NCBI GenBank assembly: GCA_035545995.1
Contig: DASZXH010000072.1
Coordinates: 18,407 to 82,406, forward strand
Reading direction: 5' to 3'
Length of the DNA: 64,000 nucleotides
Origin: Verrucomicrobiia bacterium
GTDB lineage: Bacteria; Verrucomicrobiota; Verrucomicrobiia; Limisphaerales; UBA11358
In this document: positions 46,619 through 56,409 of the stretch, one piece after another
How the letters are laid out: the number at the start of each line of letters is the position of its first letter
Numbering within the stretch: the first letter of the stretch is position 1
Made by a program: the position numbers and the translations under genes
Notes under the pieces: generated by a model
Told to the model about the DNA's origin: nothing
The model's database searches: none
Seen by the model: the letters and a program-made list of their open reading frames with translations, nothing else

Positions 46619-47212
46619 ATGAAATTGACAGTCATTGATTACGATGCAAAAGCGGTGACGGTTCGCAAATCGAACGGCGACCGTCCTCGTCCCTATTTCC
46701 GCCAGCTCTCACGCGCCATTGACGACAAACCGGACGACCACCAACCGGCGGCTTACACTTCGTCAGACCAATTGACCGCCGCGAAACGGGATTCACTGGA
46801 GAACAAGGATTTCTCCAGTTTCAAGCGCGGCTCAAGTTCTTCACGGCGCATTTTGTTGGTGGACGACGATGCCGAAACACGCACGTTGATTGGCTTTGCG
46901 CTGACCAGCGAAGGTTACGAAGTCAAACACGCCGATAATGGCAAAGACGCCATCACGCTGCACAATCAGCAGCCGTTCGACCTCATCATCACCGAATTGA
47001 TTTTGAAGGAAAAAGACGGTTTCGAGATTTTCGCGGAATTGAACCGCAAACCGCATCCGACAAAATTTATCGCCACAGCCAAAACCTCTTGGACCTCAGC
47101 CGAACTCTCTTTGAACATGGCCAAAAAACTCGGCGCGCATTTCACATTGACCAAACCTTTCAAGACCGAGCAATTACTTGAAACCGTGCGTAAAGCGCTG
47201 GATCAAAATTAA
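46619..47212 (+). CDS. Atypical receiver-domain protein (Glu at the phospho-acceptor position)
   Basis: 197 aa. C-terminal REC fold (RRILLVDDD..., conserved T in IATAK and K in LTKPF). The acceptor site reads FDLIITELIL, with codon gaa at 46994-46996. Confidence 0.75.
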   Translation: MKLTVIDYDAKAVTVRKSNGDRPRPYFRQLSRAIDDKPDDHQPAAYTSSDQLTAAKRDSLENKDFSSFKRGSSSSRRILLVDDDAETRTLIGFALTSEGYEVKHADNGKDAITLHNQQPFDLIITELILKEKDGFEIFAELNRKPHPTKFIATAKTSWTSAELSLNMAKKLGAHFTLTKPFKTEQLLETVRKALDQN

Positions 47213-47563
47213 ATCGTCACCACCGATTTTAGTTTCCCGAAAAAATTTGCAGTTCGCGCTGATATTTTCTGGACAAATCGATAAATCAGCCTTCTACTTG
47301 GCTCGCGTTCAATCGAACGCGGTTCCTCAACCTTCCGACGCCGCTCGTGTGAGCCGGTGTTGCAATCCAGCCGTCGCACGTCTTTGAACCAGTCGTTTTG
47401 ATTTTCGGCGTGTCACGGCAAAACTTAAACCTCGCCCGCAAAGTGCGGTGCGACACGAACATGGCCGTTATGGAACTGATCGAGTCTTTGGCGTTCAATT
47501 TTGTCACGCGTTTTTATTTCGCGTCTCTCTTCGCATTTTGCGGGCAAATCCAAATGACCCGCC

Positions 47564-49045
47564 ATGAATACCATCCTGTCCAAATTAGTGCATCGCGCGA
47601 ACGACCTCGCCGATGTTGAACCTGTCGTCGCGCTGTTTCTCGGCGCTGCTTTGCTCGCCGTCTTTCTGACTGCGCTGTTCCAAAACAAAACCACCACCGA
47701 ACCAAACGGCAAAAATTCCAGTTTACTGTGGACGCTTTACAAACATTTCACGCGATTGCTTTGGGCAACTTTGCTGGTCGCGTTGTTGGTCGCAACCATT
47801 TCAATTCTGCGTTCCTATTTGCGCCAGACCACAAATAATTTTCAACGCACGCACGGTCGCGTCACGCAAGCCAATTACAACGCGGTCCAAACCATTTGGG
47901 GTTCCGAGCAGGCGCAAGGCGAATTGAACGTGGACATTTATCACGACGAGGAAATCAGCGAACGCATCGAATCCGAGGACCCGACGAAGCCCGCGTTGAT
48001 TCGCAAGAAAACCATCCATAAATCCATCACCGGCAATCCGTTTGTCTCCGCGCGACACGAAATCACCTTACGACCGAATGCACGCAAAAAGGGTTCCGCA
48101 TTTTATGGCGGTTACGAAACCGATTGCGATTTTAACTGGAAATTACGCAACCCATCCGACACCAATCAAAATTGCACGCTCACCTTTCCCCTGCCCGCTT
48201 ACAATGCGATTTATGATGGATTGGTCGCCACGCTGAACGGTAAAGATGTCCTGCCACAAATGGAAATCAAAGATTCGAGTCTCGTATTTGAACGAGATTT
48301 GCAGCCAAACGAAGCGATGGACTTTCACATCGCTTTCAAAAGCCGCGGCTTGAGTTATTGGTATTTTCAAGTGCGGGAAGCGCGCGAAATCCGCGATTTC
48401 ACGCTAACCTTGAACCTGCCGACGCTGCCGAAATCAAAATTGAATTATCCCGACGGTTGCATGACGCCAACGGAAATCGCGACGACAAAAGACAATCAAG
48501 GAACTGTTTTGACCTACCGGCTCGACCATGCGCTTACCGACAAAGGTATGGGCATTTCACTTCCCAAATTATCGCAACCCGGCGAAACCACGCGCGCCGT
48601 TCTCGACGAAACGGAAAATGCGTGGCTGCTGGTTTTTGGTGTGCTGGGATTGTCGCTTACAATCGTCTCTGCGCGACACGCCATTCTGCTGACGATTCTT
48701 TTTGCCATCGCCACTGCATTTGGTTACGGATTGCTGGCTGACTTCAGCGACCTGCTTTTGGGGGTTTTGGGAACAGCCATTTTCATTTTACTGCCGATGT
48801 TTGGGCTGTTCGCGTGGCTATTGAAACGTGCCGTTCCGCAAATCGGCAAATGGCTCGCCGCGCAATTTTTATTGTTCAGTGTCATTTACCCGTCCGCCGC
48901 CGGATTGGACGCCGACCGTCAATCGCTTTACCTAAACATTTGCGCCTTAATTTTTTTGGCATTTACAGCGTGGCTGTTGATTAGAAATTTCGCGAGTGAA
49001 AGAATTTCAATTCAGTCGCAGATGGAAAACGCGCCCATGACTTGA
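47564..49045 (+). CDS. Hypothetical inner-membrane protein (N-terminal TMs, large extracytoplasmic domain, C-terminal TM bundle)
   Basis: 493-aa ORF with a clear TM topology. No family recognised. Confidence 0.55.
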   Translation: MNTILSKLVHRANDLADVEPVVALFLGAALLAVFLTALFQNKTTTEPNGKNSSLLWTLYKHFTRLLWATLLVALLVATISILRSYLRQTTNNFQRTHGRVTQANYNAVQTIWGSEQAQGELNVDIYHDEEISERIESEDPTKPALIRKKTIHKSITGNPFVSARHEITLRPNARKKGSAFYGGYETDCDFNWKLRNPSDTNQNCTLTFPLPAYNAIYDGLVATLNGKDVLPQMEIKDSSLVFERDLQPNEAMDFHIAFKSRGLSYWYFQVREAREIRDFTLTLNLPTLPKSKLNYPDGCMTPTEIATTKDNQGTVLTYRLDHALTDKGMGISLPKLSQPGETTRAVLDETENAWLLVFGVLGLSLTIVSARHAILLTILFAIATAFGYGLLADFSDLLLGVLGTAIFILLPMFGLFAWLLKRAVPQIGKWLAAQFLLFSVIYPSAAGLDADRQSLYLNICALIFLAFTAWLLIRNFASERISIQSQMENAPMT

Positions 49046-49059
49046 TAGCCGCCTAAATG

Positions 49060-49092
49060 AAAAAGCCGCTGTGATTTTCACAGCGGCTTTTT
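49060..49092. terminator. Bidirectional rho-independent terminator
   Basis: aaaaa gccgctgtg atttt cacagcggc ttttt: a perfect 9-bp GC-rich stem flanked by A and T runs, between convergent genes. Confidence 0.85.
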
Positions 49093-49109
49093 CGGCAAAT
49101 CATTGGTCA

Positions 49110-50012
49110 TTACGGCGATGTTGCTCTCGGTGTTTGCACAGCCAAAAGTTCGCCGAGCAACGCCGAGCCTTTCGGAATCAAAGTGATTGCCACCTGACTG
49201 TCGAGGATGTTTTGCGTTTCGAGCGTTTGAAATAATGCGTCGGAAACTTCCTTGTCTTTTGAGATTTCCTGCAACGCTTCACCGACGATATGCGGACGCA
49301 TCGCGGCGGCTTTCGCAAACTCGATGGCCGCCTGCCGTTCCGCCGTGCTGGTGATAATGCTGACCTGATTTGCACCGGCCTGTTTGATGGCCGCCGTGAC
49401 CTGCCGCAAACGGTTCACCACTTTTTCCTCGATTTGCTTAATCATGTTCTCATCTCGGAAATGCACTTTACGGATGTAAACCGAACCGAGTTGATAACCC
49501 CATTCGTTTGATTTGGGCGAAACTTCTTCGCGCACGGTCTGACTCATCGTGTGCCGGTCTTGCAGCATTTTATCCAGCGGCAAATTGCTCAAGCAGCGAA
49601 CGGTGGAATTGCTTACGTTGGCCGCGAGCGAACCACGCGGGTCGGCATTTTTGAAAAGGTAGGAAATCGGGTCGTTGATATACATTTCATACCAGATGCC
49701 GATGCCCATCGGCGCGCCTTCCTCGGAATTCACGGGCTGGCTGCGCAGATAAGTCTGGTCGAGGCGCAAATCCAATTCGTAGCACTTGCCGAAATAATTC
49801 ACGATGAACGCGCGCGCGCCGAGCTTGGCCGGCAAAAAATGCAATCCCGGCTCATTCAATTCCGCAATCACTTTGCCGAACAGAACATAAACTTTGCAAT
49901 GTCCTTCGTTGACGATGGTGAAAAATCCGAACAGCCGCGTGAGTCCCAGAAATATCGGCACAATGATTGCCCAGCCCACGAGCGCGGAGAAAAATGCGAT
50001 GATGAAAATCAT
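49110..50012 (-). CDS. SPFH/band-7 domain protein
   Basis: 300 aa. N-terminal TM helix and a stomatin/prohibitin-like core. Confidence 0.8.
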   Translation of the reverse strand: MIFIIAFFSALVGWAIIVPIFLGLTRLFGFFTIVNEGHCKVYVLFGKVIAELNEPGLHFLPAKLGARAFIVNYFGKCYELDLRLDQTYLRSQPVNSEEGAPMGIGIWYEMYINDPISYLFKNADPRGSLAANVSNSTVRCLSNLPLDKMLQDRHTMSQTVREEVSPKSNEWGYQLGSVYIRKVHFRDENMIKQIEEKVVNRLRQVTAAIKQAGANQVSIITSTAERQAAIEFAKAAAMRPHIVGEALQEISKDKEVSDALFQTLETQNILDSQVAITLIPKGSALLGELLAVQTPRATSP

Positions 50013-51004
50013 TGTTTGGCCTCCATGATGACGCGCTGCGCCTTGCTGTAAAGCGAGAGCCGGACGTTGCGGATGTAAGATTCCAACGCGCCGTCTCCGG
50101 ATTTTCTCAAGTTCAGCAATTGCTCGTTCAATTGCTTTAATGGTTCGACTTCGGCCTGCGCCTTGAGCGTTTCGATTTCCACCGCGCGCTTGGATTGTTC
50201 GATTTTCTGGTCCGCCGTCGCCTGCGCCAGACTGATGTCCGAAGAAACTTGATTATGCGCCGTGTTGATTGCGGCGAGTGCGGATTCGACTTCCGGCGGC
50301 GGGTCAATCCCGGTGATCAACGAGGCGTCCAGCGTGATGCCGTAACGCGCGGCGGACGAAAGACATTCCTGATCCATGTGCTCGTTGATGTCGCGCAAAT
50401 TTTTGCGCAGGTCGTTGATGGAGATTCCAGAAATGGCCGAAACGCTGTTCACATCCTCTTCGGCAATGGAATCGCTGCTTTTAGGCGCTTCAAAATTCGC
50501 GATGCGTTCGCGCAACACGGAAACAAAATAGCCCATGACGTGGCTAATGGGATGTTTCACGCTGAAAAGATATGCGTAAAGATTCCGTTCCGAAACGCGG
50601 TAGCGGATTTGCCCGGACAATCCCGTGTTCAGTTGATCTTTCGTCACCGCTTCGAGAATCTGGCCGTCCTGATTCGCCGACGGGTCATCCGGGTCATGCG
50701 CCATGCTCAATGTCTGTGTGGCAACCGACACCTTGTAAATTTTTTCCCACGGCCATTTGAAATACGGACCGCCCGGTGGAATCACGCGCACTTGCGGATA
50801 AACATAACGCAGCTTTTCGTCGTCGGTCAGCGATTCGGCGATGGGATCGCTCAACGTCGTCATGTCCGGCACGCGGTCGGCGCGGCCAAAAATGGTTTTC
50901 ACCGCGCGTTCATTTTGGTTCACCGTGTAAAGGCCACCGGCGAGATAACGAAGCAAAAACCAGATGACAAAGCCGAGAAATGAACCGAAGAATATTCCGC
51001 TCAT
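50009..51004 (-). CDS. SPFH/band-7 domain protein
   Basis: The start at ATG 51004 (MSGIFFGSFLGFVIWFLL...) lies downstream of the terminator at 51053-51078. SPFH core. 4-nt overlap with the next gene. Confidence 0.75.
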   Translation of the reverse strand: MSGIFFGSFLGFVIWFLLRYLAGGLYTVNQNERAVKTIFGRADRVPDMTTLSDPIAESLTDDEKLRYVYPQVRVIPPGGPYFKWPWEKIYKVSVATQTLSMAHDPDDPSANQDGQILEAVTKDQLNTGLSGQIRYRVSERNLYAYLFSVKHPISHVMGYFVSVLRERIANFEAPKSSDSIAEEDVNSVSAISGISINDLRKNLRDINEHMDQECLSSAARYGITLDASLITGIDPPPEVESALAAINTAHNQVSSDISLAQATADQKIEQSKRAVEIETLKAQAEVEPLKQLNEQLLNLRKSGDGALESYIRNVRLSLYSKAQRVIMEAKQ

Positions 51005-51052
51005 AAGTTTGTCGCCCAGTTCATACTGCACTTTGAAAATTAAACAAGCAAA

Positions 51053-51078
51053 AAGCCGCCGGAAAATTCCGGCGGCTT
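51053..51078 (-). terminator. Rho-independent terminator of the 51111-51389 gene
   Basis: Palindrome aagccgccgg aaaatt ccggcggctt, followed on the minus strand by a T run. Confidence 0.75.
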
Positions 51079-51110
51079 GAAAACAAAGATTAAATGACAA
51101 CTGCCAATTT

Positions 51111-51389
51111 TTATTTGGAAGATTTCGGAGCCTTGGTTTCTATCTCCGTCGCGGTCATCGTGTAATAAACCGTGACTTTATCGCCGACTTTCACGTCTGC
51201 GCCTTTGGTGGATTTGTCCACGGCAATCTCCCATTTCTGCTGGCCTTTTTGGACAACGATGTAATTGGCGTTGACCTCCAACACCGGGCCGGTGACTTGA
51301 TAAGCTTTGGCGTCAGCCGCGCCAACATTGGCAGCAACCAGACAAAGACTGAATGCAACCAGACTGATTGTGATGATGATTTTTTTCAT
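51111..51389 (-). CDS. Small secreted hypothetical protein
   Basis: 92 aa. Signal peptide MKKIIITISLVAFSLCLVAANVGA and a beta-rich mature part. Confidence 0.55.
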   Translation of the reverse strand: MKKIIITISLVAFSLCLVAANVGAADAKAYQVTGPVLEVNANYIVVQKGQQKWEIAVDKSTKGADVKVGDKVTVYYTMTATEIETKAPKSSK

Positions 51390-51479
51390 AAGGTTATTTT
51401 TTGGTTTTAATTGCAGTTGTGGTTTTGAATGACGTTATTTTTCTATCCGCCCGCCAATCTTTTGACAAGCGCATAAAAA

Positions 51480-51504
51480 AGCTGCTCTGGTTTCCAGAGC
51501 AGCT
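51480..51504 (-). terminator. Rho-independent terminator of ppdK
   Basis: agctgctctgg ttt ccagagcagct, an 11-bp perfect stem, with a T run on the minus strand (a-run at 51474-51479). Confidence 0.8.
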
Positions 51505-51540
51505 TTCGTAATGCGAATCTGTCACCGACAAAGAATTAAA

Positions 51541-54279
51541 TCATTTCTTTTTGGCTTTGCGCTTTTCTTCAATTGCCGCCTGCGCCGCAGCGAGACGCGC
51601 GACCGGCACGCGGAACGGCGAGCAACTGACGTAGCTCAATCCGGCGCGGTGGCAGAACTTCACGGAATCCGGGTCGCCGCCATGTTCGCCGCAAATGCCG
51701 AGTTTGATTCCGGGACGAACCTTGCGGCCTTTGGCAATCGCGATTTCCATGAGTTGACCGACGCCGGTCTGGTCAATCGAAGCGAACGGATTTTTCTTGA
51801 TGATTTCCGCTTCCTGATACGCGCCGAGAAACGAACCGGAATCGTCGCGGCTCATGCCGAGGCAGGTTTGCGTCAAATCATTCGTGCCGAAGCTGAAAAA
51901 TTCCGCCGTGTGCGCGATTTCATCCGCCGTCAATGCGCCGCGCGGAATCTCAATCATCGTGCCGACACTGTAAGTCAACTTCACTTTTTTCTCCGCTTGA
52001 ACCTGCTGCGCGACTTCGTGGACAATCGCAACCTGCAAATCCAATTCCTTTTTGAAACCAACGAGCGGAATCATGATTTCCGGTTTCGCCTTGTAACCTT
52101 GTTTCGTCGCGAGCGCGGCAGCCTCAAACACCGCGCGCGATTGCATCCGCGTGATCTCGGGATATTTGATGCCCAAACGGCAGCCACGGAAACCGAGCAT
52201 CGGATTGAATTCGTGCAATTCAATCACGCGCTGAATGATTTTTTCAACGTGAATCCCCATCTTGTGCGCGAGGTCAAGCTGCTGCTCCTTCGAGTGCGGC
52301 AAAAATTCGTGCAGCGGCGGGTCGAGAAAACGAATCGTCGCTGGAAAACCTTTCAACGCTTTGAAAATGCCGTGAAAATCGTCGCGTTGATACGGCAGCA
52401 ATTTCGCGAGCGCCGCTTCGCGCGCGGGCAACGTGTCGGCAAGAATCATTTCGCGCATCGCGTCAATGCGGTCGCCCTCGAAGAACATGTGCTCTGTGCG
52501 CGTCAATCCGATTCCGACCGCGCCAAACGCGACGGCATTCTCGGTTTGCTCTGGCGTGTCCGCGTTCGTGCGCACGCTCAAGCGTGAGAATTGCGCGCAC
52601 CATTTCATCAATTGCGCGAAATTTTTGAACTTCTCGGTTTTCTGCGCCGTCTTGTCGTTGTTGATGAGTCCGGCGATGATTTCCGACGGCGCGGCTTTCA
52701 ATTGTCCGGCGTAAACTGTGCCCGCTGTTCCGTCAATCGAAAGATAATCGCCTTCGTGAAACGTCTGACCGGCGACCGTGACGGTTTTTTTGTCGTAATC
52801 AATTTCCAGCGCGCTCGCGCCGCAAATACAAACTTTGCCCATTTGCCGAGCGACCAGCGCCGCGTGCGAACTCACGCCGCCGCGCGCCGTCAAAATACCT
52901 TCCGCCGCAATCATGCCGCGCAAATCTTCCGGCGACGTTTCGAGACGGACGAGCAAAACTTTTTCGCCCTTGTCGGCGGCGGCCACGGCGCGTTCGGCGT
53001 TCAGATAAATTTTGCCGGACGCCGCGCCCGGACCGGCGGGCAAACCCGTCGCGATCGCTTTCGCTTTTTTTACTTCGCTCAAATCAAAAATCGGCGCGAG
53101 CAATTGGTCAAGCTGGTCGGCGGGATTGCGCAACACGGCGGTCTCCGCATCAATCAATTTTTCTTTCACCATGTCAGCCGCAAATTTCAACGCGGCGGCG
53201 GCGGTGCGTTTGCCGTTGCGCGTTTGGAGCATGAACAATTTGCCTTCCTGAATCGTGAACTCGATGTCCTGCACGTCCTTGAAATGCTTCTCCAAAATTT
53301 TGCGGACGTTGAGCAATTCCGCGTAGGATTGCGGCATTTGCTTCTTCAATTCCAAAACCGGCTCCGGCGTGCGGACGCCCGCGACGACGTCTTCGCCCTG
53401 CGCGTTGATGAGAAATTCGCCGTAAAATTCGTTCGTGCCATTCGCCGGATTGCGTGTGAACGCGACGCCGGAACCGGATTTTTCACCCGTATTGCCGAAC
53501 ACCATCGCCTGCACGTTGACCGCCGTTCCCCATTCCGTCGGGATGTTGTATTTGCGGCGATACACAATCGCGCGGTCGTTCATCCACGAGCCGAACACCG
53601 CGCCCGCCGCGCCGCGCAGTTGTTCCCACGGATCGTTCGGAAAAACTTTGCCGGTGCGTTCTTTGACGAGCGCCTTGAAACGCTTCACGAGTTCCGCCTG
53701 GTCGGCGGCGGTCAATTCGGAATCCACAATGTCTTTGTGATACTTCTCGTGCTTGAATTCGTGGATGACGGTTTCAAACGGTTCGTGGTCTTCGCCCTCG
53801 CGCTTTTGCACGCCGAGCACCACGTCGCCATACATCTGAATAAAACGACGATAACAATCCCACGCGAAACGCGGATTCTTCGTCGCATTTTCCAGCGCGA
53901 CAACCGTTTCATCGTTCAAGCCCAAATTCAAGATCGTGTCCATCATGCCGGGCATGGAATCGCGCGCGCCGGAACGAACGGCCACAAGCAACGGCATTCC
54001 CGAAGTCGCGCCGAATTTCGTGCCCATGATCTTTTCCATGTTCGCGATGCCGGCTTCCATCTGCGCCTGCAATTCCTTCGGATACGTTTTCTTGTGCGCG
54101 TAAAAATAAGTGCAGACTTCGGTGGTGATGGTGAAACCGGGCGGCACGGGCAAACCGATGCGCGTCATTTCGGCGAGATTTGCGCCTTTGCCGCCGAGCA
54201 ACGGCTTCATCGAGCCGTCGCCGTCGGCTTTTTTGTTGCCCCAGGTATAGACGTATTTTGTGGATTTAGCTTTGGCCAT
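51541..54279 (-). CDS. ppdK: Pyruvate, phosphate dikinase
   Basis: 912 aa. N-terminus [38 protein letters not shown], phospho-His region [15 protein letters not shown], and a PEP-utilising TIM barrel. Confidence 0.95.
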   Translation of the reverse strand: MAKAKSTKYVYTWGNKKADGDGSMKPLLGGKGANLAEMTRIGLPVPPGFTITTEVCTYFYAHKKTYPKELQAQMEAGIANMEKIMGTKFGATSGMPLLVAVRSGARDSMPGMMDTILNLGLNDETVVALENATKNPRFAWDCYRRFIQMYGDVVLGVQKREGEDHEPFETVIHEFKHEKYHKDIVDSELTAADQAELVKRFKALVKERTGKVFPNDPWEQLRGAAGAVFGSWMNDRAIVYRRKYNIPTEWGTAVNVQAMVFGNTGEKSGSGVAFTRNPANGTNEFYGEFLINAQGEDVVAGVRTPEPVLELKKQMPQSYAELLNVRKILEKHFKDVQDIEFTIQEGKLFMLQTRNGKRTAAAALKFAADMVKEKLIDAETAVLRNPADQLDQLLAPIFDLSEVKKAKAIATGLPAGPGAASGKIYLNAERAVAAADKGEKVLLVRLETSPEDLRGMIAAEGILTARGGVSSHAALVARQMGKVCICGASALEIDYDKKTVTVAGQTFHEGDYLSIDGTAGTVYAGQLKAAPSEIIAGLINNDKTAQKTEKFKNFAQLMKWCAQFSRLSVRTNADTPEQTENAVAFGAVGIGLTRTEHMFFEGDRIDAMREMILADTLPAREAALAKLLPYQRDDFHGIFKALKGFPATIRFLDPPLHEFLPHSKEQQLDLAHKMGIHVEKIIQRVIELHEFNPMLGFRGCRLGIKYPEITRMQSRAVFEAAALATKQGYKAKPEIMIPLVGFKKELDLQVAIVHEVAQQVQAEKKVKLTYSVGTMIEIPRGALTADEIAHTAEFFSFGTNDLTQTCLGMSRDDSGSFLGAYQEAEIIKKNPFASIDQTGVGQLMEIAIAKGRKVRPGIKLGICGEHGGDPDSVKFCHRAGLSYVSCSPFRVPVARLAAAQAAIEEKRKAKKK

Positions 54280-54406
54280 AAATTCAATTCAATGTGTTGG
54301 TGTCGGAAAATTCAAAAAACGAGCGGCGAATCCTAGCAGAGCAAAACGAAGTGTCAATCCGACGATTGATGTTTTCGCGCACGCTGCCGCGAACAAAACA
54401 TCGTTC

Positions 54407-55747
54407 CTAATTCGGGAATGGTCTTTGGGTGTAATAAATCGGCCACGGGGGTTGGTTGAGTTTGGTCATGCCGCCAACTTGCTGCAAATCCATTTTGCCT
54501 TGAATATAAAAGAGATGAATCACTCCATTGAGCAATACCACTTGAGGGTGGCCTGCGGTCATTCCATCCTTTGCTCCATCAGTTACTTTCAAAGGTTTCG
54601 TCCAAGTATTGCCGCCATCCTTGCTGGTGACATAGAAAATATCGTTCGGGTCATAATCCGTGTGGTATCTTCCGGCACTTGGAATTCCCGCCCAAACGAC
54701 GACCACCTTGTCTCCTTCTGCGGATATACTTGGCGCGTAGCAATAAAGCACGCCTTTTGATAAAATAACATCCTTGCTCCAGCTATTGTCCGAATCTTTT
54801 CGATGGGAGTAATAAATGTCGTCGTTTTCTATCGCCGGACCTGATAAATCGAATCTCCATTTATTGTGCCGGCAGTCCATCCAGCATAGATGAACCGTAT
54901 CGCCGTCGGCCATAGCAGTGTAATTTCCGAGTTCTTTGGCGAATGTCTTCGTCACTGACTTGGGCGCGCTCCACGCGCCGCCTTCAGTCGCTTTTTGGCT
55001 GAACCATAATTCGTGTGCGTTATTTAACCAACTTATCGCAATGTAATAATAGTAATTCTCGGCTCTACAAACCGTCGGCCCTCCAGCCTCGAAATCTGAT
55101 ATTTGTTCCATTTGCCAAGTTGCGCCGGAATCAACTGAATGAAATACGCCATTGTTAAAGGGACCGGCACGCACCGCATCCGTCAAAGTATCACCCGTCA
55201 AACAATAGGGAAGACAGATTTCCTTGTCATGTATGTTACCAGTTCCAATACTAGGGCCATTCAGACTCACATTTGTTCCGGTCACGCCAAAAAGAGACTG
55301 TTTATCCGTGATCCATTTTCTTTCGGTCTCAATTTGAACAGTGCCATTTTCTTTAAGTTGGGCGAAAAGGATACTTATCGTCAATTGATTGTTGGTAGCA
55401 TGACCATCAGAGAAAAGTATTTTGCCATCGGATTGCTCTACAGTCGGATCAATGGCATATCCTTGAGAGATAATACTAGGAAGCGGCACTTCCACCCAGA
55501 AATTGCTATTATCATTGCCGCGTCTCATCAGGAGACACCTAGCTGACATATCTTTCGTAACCTGTAGCGCGATTATACTGTCAAGACATTTATATGGAGT
55601 CACTTTACCAGCCAAGCTATCTATACTGCTGGTCACTGCGACTGGAGGTGCCCAATTTTGATCAGGTTGGTTGGCAAGTTTATCGCAGCCGGTTAAAAAC
55701 CAGACCGTTGACAACAAACAAAACCAGACTGGCACTGGCATTTTCAT
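54407..55747 (-). CDS. BNR/Asp-box repeat (sialidase-like beta-propeller) lipoprotein
   Basis: 446 aa. Lipobox WFLTGCDK and Asp-box motifs SVDSGATW and SKDGGNTW. Confidence 0.65.
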   Translation of the reverse strand: MKMPVPVWFCLLSTVWFLTGCDKLANQPDQNWAPPVAVTSSIDSLAGKVTPYKCLDSIIALQVTKDMSARCLLMRRGNDNSNFWVEVPLPSIISQGYAIDPTVEQSDGKILFSDGHATNNQLTISILFAQLKENGTVQIETERKWITDKQSLFGVTGTNVSLNGPSIGTGNIHDKEICLPYCLTGDTLTDAVRAGPFNNGVFHSVDSGATWQMEQISDFEAGGPTVCRAENYYYYIAISWLNNAHELWFSQKATEGGAWSAPKSVTKTFAKELGNYTAMADGDTVHLCWMDCRHNKWRFDLSGPAIENDDIYYSHRKDSDNSWSKDVILSKGVLYCYAPSISAEGDKVVVVWAGIPSAGRYHTDYDPNDIFYVTSKDGGNTWTKPLKVTDGAKDGMTAGHPQVVLLNGVIHLFYIQGKMDLQQVGGMTKLNQPPWPIYYTQRPFPN

Positions 55748-55772
55748 AAATTATTGATGGTCTTCTCGTAAG

Positions 55773-56195
55773 TCATTCGCCGATAAAATGCAAGGCTACA
55801 CTCCGTGAATGGCCGCGAAAACGGTGTTCCCAAAGATAAATGCCCTGCCACGTGCCGAGCGCGAGCCGTCCACCGTGAACCGGAAGGCTCAAATTCACCG
55901 TCGTGAGCGCGGCGCGGACGTGCGCGGACATGTCGTCGTCGCCTTCTGCCGTGTGGATGAAAATCGCATCGCCATCCGGCACAAGCCGTTGGAAAAACGC
56001 TTCCAAATCGCGGCGCACATCCGGGTCGGCATTTTCCTGAATCAACAGCGAGGCCGACGTGTGCCGCAAATGAATGGTCAACAATCCTTCCGAAAATTTA
56101 TTTTCGCGCACCCATTGTTCAATTTCGTCCGTGAATTCGTAAAGGCCACGTCCGCGCGTCGAAATGGTCAATTCATGGAATGATTGGCGCAGCAT
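55773..56195 (-). CDS. yjbQ: YjbQ/UPF0047 family (secondary thiamine-phosphate synthase) protein
   Basis: 140 aa. LTISTRGRGLYEFTDEI..., HTSASLLIQENADPDVRRD and GTWQGIYLWEHR are characteristic. Confidence 0.85.
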   Translation of the reverse strand: MLRQSFHELTISTRGRGLYEFTDEIEQWVRENKFSEGLLTIHLRHTSASLLIQENADPDVRRDLEAFFQRLVPDGDAIFIHTAEGDDDMSAHVRAALTTVNLSLPVHGGRLALGTWQGIYLWEHRFRGHSRSVALHFIGE

Positions 56196-56240
56196 TTTGA
56201 TTTATTTGAGATTATGTCGTCCGCAAACTATACGGTAATT

Positions 56241-56346
56241 CCCTCTCCCCGCCCAAGCGGGGAGAGGGTCAGGGTGAGGGGTTCGTCATTTGTTCTCAAA
56301 ATCAAAGCTCCTCACCCCGCCCTCTCCTCGTTTGGCGAGGAGTGGG
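56241..56346. repeat. Two inverted copies of a ~40-bp G/C-rich hairpin element
   Basis: Copy A: ccctctccccgc ccaa gcggggagaggg tcagggtgagggg (56241-56281). Copy B, inverted (56309-56346), contains the hairpin ctcctcg tttgg cgaggag. The copies are about 75% identical after reverse-complementing. Confidence 0.75.
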
Positions 56347-56409
56347 AGAAAATTTTGGACATCATTGGCGTTGCTCACATCAAAGGCATCATTCCAGCAG
56401 CATTTGGAT

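Noticed and set aside
47304-47321. cgcgttc-aatc-gaacgcg hairpin that superficially resembles a tRNA T-arm (ttcaatc)
   Set aside because: The stem includes the TTC itself. No acceptor, D or anticodon arms can be built around it, so it is not a tRNA. No other tRNA-like cloverleaf was recognised in the intergenic regions.
51005-51100. 32-codon N-terminal extension of the second SPFH ORF
   Set aside because: The extension would run through the rho-independent terminator at 51053-51078. The ATG at 51004 begins directly with the TM helix.
51511-54336. Two long plus-strand ORFs (358 aa and 581 aa)
   Set aside because: They are antisense to ppdK. Composition is dominated by R/H/F/A with no motifs. 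The ppdK terminator and strong homology define the real gene on the minus strand.
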